64,000 bases of DNA, taken from assembly GCF_009914755.1 (NCBI RefSeq), contig NC_060930.1; one strand, 5' to 3'. Made by a program: the position numbers and the translations under genes. Source of the DNA: the human T2T-CHM13v2.0 reference genome, Homo sapiens. Position 1 is the first letter of the stretch, and each line of letters starts with the position of its first letter. The notes under the pieces are model-generated. The model was not told where the DNA came from and searched no databases. It saw only the letters and a list, made by a program, of their open reading frames with translations. Positions 58,131-64,000 of the stretch are shown here, in pieces.

Positions 58131-59567
58131 TTACAGGAATAGACTATAAGCAACTGCACAGATCTGTCCAGAAGAGCTGGCCAACTTTCACGATCATTAA
58201 TTATATTTTGAAGTCTTACATCGCAGTGAAGAGCTGTTTTTTTTTTCTTTTAGGACATAACTCTCCTTGCAGAATATGTTCACATTAATTTTCTATGTGA
58301 CGCTGATCTTCCTGAAATCCTTCTATTATTTGGCATGCACAAACATGAAGAGTGTCTATTAAATTTTCCCATTTTCTGTGCTGTGCTTCTTTGTTGTTTT
58401 GGGTACATGGAAATCCATTCTGCATACACTCATATACAGACCACAAATTTGACAGAAACAATACTGGTGATCAAACAGCAACACCATGTCTTCTTATCCT
58501 ACCATGAACATAATTATTTTCAAATCAGTTACTTCACTGGCTTCTTCAGGCAAATGTGGTTTTAATTCATTAAAATCTGGAATGTCATCAGCTGGAAGGA
58601 ATGTCATACAGGCAAATCATGCATTTTTAAATTCAAGTATTCGTGGCCAATCCACTCATCTGAATTTTTCACCAAATGCACTGGGCAAAAACAAACTTTG
58701 TTGGTAACACCTTAAAAATCATTTTTAGAAGCCTTGATCACACCTAATTCCAAATCTGTCATTATGGTTTGGCAATTCAGTTGAAATCTATTTTCTTCTG
58801 CAAAGTCCACCACATCTTTGAATAAGCATTTATAAAGTACTTTGTTTTTTCCAGTCATTAGTACATAAACAAGCATATCAGTTCTAGAATTTTATGATCT
58901 AACAGGAGCTATGAATTGTATATATGAATATACAACTATGAATTGTATACAGTTGATTTAAAAAATAGTGGGGACAGCTTTGAAAGTGCCAACCATTAGC
59001 CAAAGTGAAAAAAGTGCTAGTTTTTATGTTAGATTTTGTGGTAAATATATACGTAAGAACTCTATCTTCTTCTACAGTCAAATCTCTAGTCAAGGATAAT
59101 TCACCACCTAGTGTGTTCTGTAACACTGGAGAAAGCTCAATATTAGCAAGTGTCTTTGGTCCAGAAAGTTGCTGAGCTTCTCGAATTCTTTTTACTCTCT
59201 GACAAAGGATGTTTTTTGAAGGCAAGCATGGTGTTATGTGTGAAGGGGCAGAAGTCGTACATGATTGAACAATTTGGCAGGGGAGATTTCTTGCATTTTT
59301 CGCCTGTGTTTTCACTTTTTCTATGATCTTTGAAACATTTGCAGCACTCGTATTTGAAGGGGGATTGTGGCCTACAAATTTTGTAAATATATTCTGTCTA
59401 TCTGAGAGTCTAATTGTGTGGCCATTGCAATTAAGCAATTTTCTGCTTTTGCAGCACCAATAATAATTAGCTTTTAAACTTTTATCTTTCATTTCATTAA
59501 GTTCCTCATACACTTAATTTATCACAGCCTTTTTGCACGGGAACAGTTTCACAGATCTCTTTCACTG
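58131..59567 (-). pseudogene. Decayed FLYWCH + MULE DDE transposase
   Basis: Hand translation across frameshifts: KGCDKLSV..KDKSLKANYYWCCKSRKLLNCNG..GHN (FLYWCH-like); WLM(V)GTFKAVP..QLYTIH; LVYVLMTGK..LY; TIMTDLELGVIKA; KVCF..CIW*KIQ; FENNYV; LWSVYE..GFPCTQNNKEAQHRKW; TAA at 58133-58131. Multiple stops; the first catalytic Asp reads Val. Confidence 0.85.
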
Positions 59568-59621
59568 TGTTGTAAGAAATAGAGTAAAAAGGAATGATAC
59601 TCAGCTTCCCGATACCAAATC

Positions 59622-60232
59622 TCTATTAGTCAGGGTTTCTCCAGAGAGAACCAATAGGATATTTACATAGACAAATGAGAGAGGAATTATTAGGGGAAAG
59701 GCTCACACAATTATGGTGACTGAGAAGTCCCACAACAGGCCATCTGAAAGCCAGCGACCCTGGGATGCCCATAGCTGGCTCAGGCTAAAAGCCTCAGGAT
59801 GGGGTGGGAGGGGTGGGGATGAAGTCAGTCCTGGAATCCAAGGGCCAATGAGCCTGGAGTTCTGACGTTTAAGGCAACAGAAGAAAAGTCTGTCCTAGCT
59901 CTCAGAGACCAGTTTGCCTTCTGTATTTGTTTTCTCTGGCCAGCACCAATAGGATGGCACCCGCTAACACTGTGGGCAAATCACACCCACCTAATCCACT
60001 CGGACTCATACACTAATCTCCCTTGGAAACACCCTCACAGACACACCCAAAAGAATGCTTTACCAGCTTTCTAGATATTCCTTAATCTAGTCAAACTGAC
60101 ACCTAAAATTAAGTCTTCAAGTCCACTCTATGTCAACTTGGCACCCATACATATCTCCTTAAAACATACTTAATTTCCAAATAAAGACAATAACAAGGTA
60201 ATAGTACTGCTGAGCATGATGCAATTATCCTG
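59622..60232 (-). mobile_element. ERVL 3' end (internal tail + PPT + MLT2B-type LTR) carried inside the MULE
   Basis: LTR 59622-60119 (minus strand ttaattttaggtgtcagtttgactagattaaggaatatctag...ccctgactaata); PPT-like agagtggact and ~110 bp of ERVL internal sequence at 60120-60232. Confidence 0.85.
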
Positions 60233-60335
60233 TGAGTGTAATTACTGAGATTTTAGATGTTAGCGATTTTAGACTTTGGGAATTTTGATCTTTCAGGATT
60301 TCAACATTCAGGATAATGGTGTTCAGGATTGTGTC

Positions 60336-60751
60336 TGATATGGTTTGGATGTCTGTCCCCTCCAAATCTTACATTGAAATGTAATCCCCAGTAATGGAGA
60401 TAGAGCCTGGTGGGAGGTGTTTGGATCATGGGGGTGATCCCTCATGAGTGGCTTAGTGCCATCCCCTTGATGATGAGTGAGTTCTCGCTTTGAGTTCATG
60501 AGAGATCTGGTTGTTTAAAAGTGGGTGGTACCTTGCCCCTCTTTCTCTTACTCCAGCTTTTTTCACAGAAGACACCAGCTCCCCCTTCACCTTCCGCCAT
60601 GATTGTAAGCTTCCTGAGGCTCTCACCAAAAGGCAGATGCCGTCACCATACTCCCTGTACAGCCTGCAGAACTGTGAGCCAAATTGATCTTGTCTTTATT
60701 AATTGCTTAGCCTCAGGCGTTCCTTTTTAGCAATGCAAGAACAGACTAACA
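60336..60751 (+). mobile_element. MST (MSTB-like) MaLR LTR inserted in the right TIR of the MULE
   Basis: tgatatggtttggatgtctgtcccctccaaatct...cctgtacagcctgcagaactgtgagccaa...gactaaca; gtc repeated on both flanks. Confidence 0.9.
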
Positions 60752-62808
60752 CGTCTTTCAGAATTATGATCTAAATAAACCTATTTATTTTAGGTTCTGA
60801 AGTTTTAAAAGGTTAAGTGTTCAACTGTACCTTAAATAATTAAGAGTGATTCCTTCCGGTTTTCTTTTTAGGAGAAAAAAATAATCATATGATAAGTTCA
60901 AACACTGACTCAATTCAACAAAAAGTACACAATTAGGACAAACTAAACTATTTAGAACTTTTGTCCTAGAATCCAAAGAGCCCTTAGAAGTGTCTCCCTA
61001 CTGAACATCTCCTCACAGAATAAAGAAACCCACTGCACCTCAGAATCTCCAGTATAAAGTCATTCAGGCTTTTCTTGAATACTTCGTGTGATGAGAAGCT
61101 CATTACTTCACAAAACAGCCATTTCACTTTTGATCGAGTTTAATTGCTACACATGCCTTCTGTATCCAGAACCCCAGGCCATCTCATGAAAACTTTTCCT
61201 GATTGCTTCTGTTCTGCCTCGCCAGATCCTCCAATGTAAATTAATTATTAATTATCCCCCAAATAAGAAACGCAAATACAATTCAGACCCTCCTCCATTA
61301 TAATTTTAAGTAATATTTTATATTACTTTCAAAGTAGTAATGCAATTATGTGAATACATATTTAGGCCCATTTTCAGTAATGAAAAATGAAATCTAAAAA
61401 TGAAATTTATGTGGAAAAAAATTTTAAATTATAATAATAGAAACATTTATTCGGATGACTAGATATTGAGCAACTTTGACTAGTCCATAAAATCCTTATT
61501 TTAGCTAGTGGTGAGAAAGTAACTTGAATAAATTTATTTTTCAAAATAATTTTTTATTACTTAATACCTGTACAGCCATTTGATTCATGAAACAAAGGAT
61601 AAAATATGTTATCCTAAAGTGTTCGCTTAGATATCTTGCAGAGTTGCAAAAACAGACTCCACAGAAAAATAAATACATAGGAAAATCTAACAAAACAAAC
61701 CAAGTTAAATATTTCAAAGGTCACTTTTTAATTACTTTACAAAGGGTCCATTATGTAAACAAAGCTCTACTCCACAAGTCATGCTACCTCCCCCAACACC
61801 ACCACCACTCTGATTCTAAGAGGAAATGGCTAAAATCATTCAAAGAGTTCTTTACTCTCTGAATACTAATGTTAAATAATTTTCTGTGTTATGCAAAGCA
61901 CACACATATGGATTTATCCAAGACATAGAGGCTCTCCACAGAAGTTAAAAGCTGACCTGCATAATTCATCTAAGTTTCACGTCTTTGAGGTGGTGAATCA
62001 TTTCCTTTGCTTTAAAATATTTTCCACATCTCACATAGGTCCATTCTCAGTTTATTTTCTTTTGAAAATGTTACCATTCATTCATAGCCCGCTACTTTAA
62101 AAGCTTTAATTGTAATAATAAACTCTCAGGTTTTTTCTGTCGTCTGACTTCTGTCACAAAGGTACTTAGGCTTTGTACCTCAAACAAGATGTTAAGAAGT
62201 ACTGTTCCCCGGAATAGAATAGACATATTTAGACCTTATGCGGGGCAGCACGAGGTGGGCGGCACCTTTGGTGATGCAGTGTGGAGTCTGCAGTAACTGG
62301 TGTAATTGAGGCAGGGCAGAGGTGGCCAGGTGCTGGCTGAGCTGGCTCCTGAATATCTGGGCTTGGACTCCAGCATACGCAGACTTAAGGAAACATTGCC
62401 AGTGATGGCAAACCACATGTTGCTTGCTTCTCTTTCTTTAAAATTGCTTTTCTGAGAAGCCCAGACAAGACTGAGTGTAAAGCAGATGGCCTGCTCTCCT
62501 CAAAGTCACTGGGAAAGGGTCTTTTAATGGAAAAAGCTACCAGGCATCAATTCAGATAGGTGAGAAGGTCCTTACACCCGTGACAACGCCCTGAGCAGTC
62601 CATGAAGCTCTGCCTCACTCTTTCCATGACAGCATGTGGCTACTCTGGGCGCGGGAGAAGGAACAGAAACCCCAGCCTCAAAGAGCGTTTGGGGAACATC
62701 CAAGGAGAGTAACTAGATCTCTATAGTAACAATTTGTTAATATGATGACACTTCATCATAATGCTGTTTTAGACTACAGATATTAAGGCAAGGTGTTTTC
62801 ACAAAGTT

Positions 62809-63207
62809 CAGTTAATCCTTGAATGATGCAGTCAAAGATCTGCATATAACTTTTGACTCTACAGAAACTTAATTAGTAATAGCCTACTGTTGACTAGAAG
62901 CCTTACCAATAACATAAATGGCCAATTTCCACAAATTTTGTACCATATTCTTACAATAAAGCTACAGAAAATATTATTAAGAAAATTATAAGGAAGAAAA
63001 GATATTTATTATTTATTAAGTGGAAGTGGGTCATCATACATAAAGGTCTTCATCCTCATCTTCACATTGAGTAGGGTGAGGAGAAAGAGGAGGTAGAAGA
63101 GGTGGCATTGGTTTTGCAGACTCGGGGTGGGTGACAGAGGTGGGAGAAAATGGAAGTAAATAGGATCCTCCGCACAGTTCAAATTCATGTTGTTCAAGGG
63201 TCAACTG
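62809..63207 (+). mobile_element. Tigger2a (MER28)-like DNA transposon
   Basis: TIRs cagttaatccttgaa / ttcaagggtcaactg with TA at the right end; internal tagcctactgttgac..gaagccttacc. Confidence 0.85.
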
Positions 63208-63499
63208 TACTTTGGTTTATTGACTTTAGGGTCTGGCTCACTCAAAAAGTGCTCTAGGTGTTGCCTTTAGTGAGTCCTCCTCCCTTAGAAATAGTATATC
63301 AATATGCAAATCTGTATTACCTTCTGCTTCTGGCTGTTTGAATAAGGGTAGGCTTTGAGCACCCTCCCCAAACCAACCATATGAGGGCATTGTAGATGTC
63401 ACCTATAATTCACACCTGTAGTTCATTAGTAGTTAACACTTAGTTAAACAGCTTTAGGAAATAAACTGCATTATGTCACCACTTATCTAAAAAATCACT

Positions 63500-63790
63500 A
63501 ATTTGGTTTTTAATTCCATATGTATTTTGCACCTGTCACATACAAAGCACTTTGATAATTACTGTGGGAATATATCAATGGATCAGACAGGATTCCTGAC
63601 TTCAAGAAGCTTATAGTTCAGTTGGCGAAATGATGCACAATACACAAGACAAACTACTAAAGACACAGACCAAATGCTGAGAAAGCCAAAAAGGAAGAGT
63701 GATTTACTTCCGTTGGGGTGACTGGAAGTTTCACTAAGGAAATGTGCTTTAAGCAGGATGTGAAAGGATTTGTAGTATTTGTAGACTCAA
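63500..63790 (-). mobile_element. L2 fragment
   Basis: cctgacttcaagaagcttatagtt...aaatgctgaga...ggaagtttcactaagga. Confidence 0.5.
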
Positions 63791-64000
63791 TATTTGCAAT
63801 GAATGTCCCATTTTTAGCTGCCTCAACCCTCCCTGGAGGCAGACATTGGATTTTGCTGTTTTCATCAAAGGACTGCAATGCCTGGAGAGATCTCTAGACT
63901 TCTCTAGACTCTAGTGATAATAATATCCAACAGCAGCTTCCTAGTTATCTCCGTGAGGGTATTGGTGTGAGGGTCTAGCCCGCTTCTATCCTAGGCATTG

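Larger units (their letters stand above)
57285..60781 (-). mobile_element. Ricksha-type Mutator/MULE DNA transposon, near full length
   Basis: Left TIR gggagtcaatcataatccccaaagatacaatcc...aatgttgaaatcctggaagatcaaaat (57285-57361) mirrors attttgatctttcaggatttcaacatt...ggattgtgtc|tttcagaattatgatc (60282-60335 plus 60756-60781). Flanks gatttaattt / tatttatttt match 8/10, fitting a 9-10 bp MULE TSD. Internal transposase present. Confidence 0.88.

Noticed and set aside
58899-59513. 204-aa ORF as a domesticated transposase gene
   Set aside because: It is the longest open piece of a pseudogene: stop and frameshift upstream, frameshifts around the DGTF motif, first catalytic Asp mutated, and several downstream stops.
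63891-63914. tctctagact tandem copies
   Set aside because: Trivial 10-bp slippage duplication with no further structure.

Overview
Primate (most likely human) genomic DNA lying entirely within a minus-strand kinesin gene that I recognise as KIF6. Three coding exons of the motor domain are present (32177-32324, 27416-27525, 5758-5887; exons 4-6 in my recollection of the reference transcript). All have canonical GT-AG sites and consistent phases. The rest is intron filled with repeats: Alu/FLAM, L1PA, L1MB/MC/ME, L2, MIR, MaLR and ERV1 LTRs, and Tigger/hAT DNA elements. The most unusual structure is a ~3.5 kb Ricksha-type Mutator (MULE) transposon at 57285-60781. It retains both TIRs, a candidate TSD and a near-complete decayed FLYWCH+DDE transposase. 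It also carries a captured ERVL 3' end whose MLT2B LTR points into the transposase, with a strong splice acceptor between them. Two young L1PA copies carry short candidate 3'-transduction tags, and one of them also has a twin-priming inversion. RFX X-box-like palindromes occur in unique intronic DNA. I see no clearly new biological system: the families are known, and the locus-specific hypotheses are inferences. Repeat subfamily calls come from recalled consensus sequences and their boundaries are approximate.
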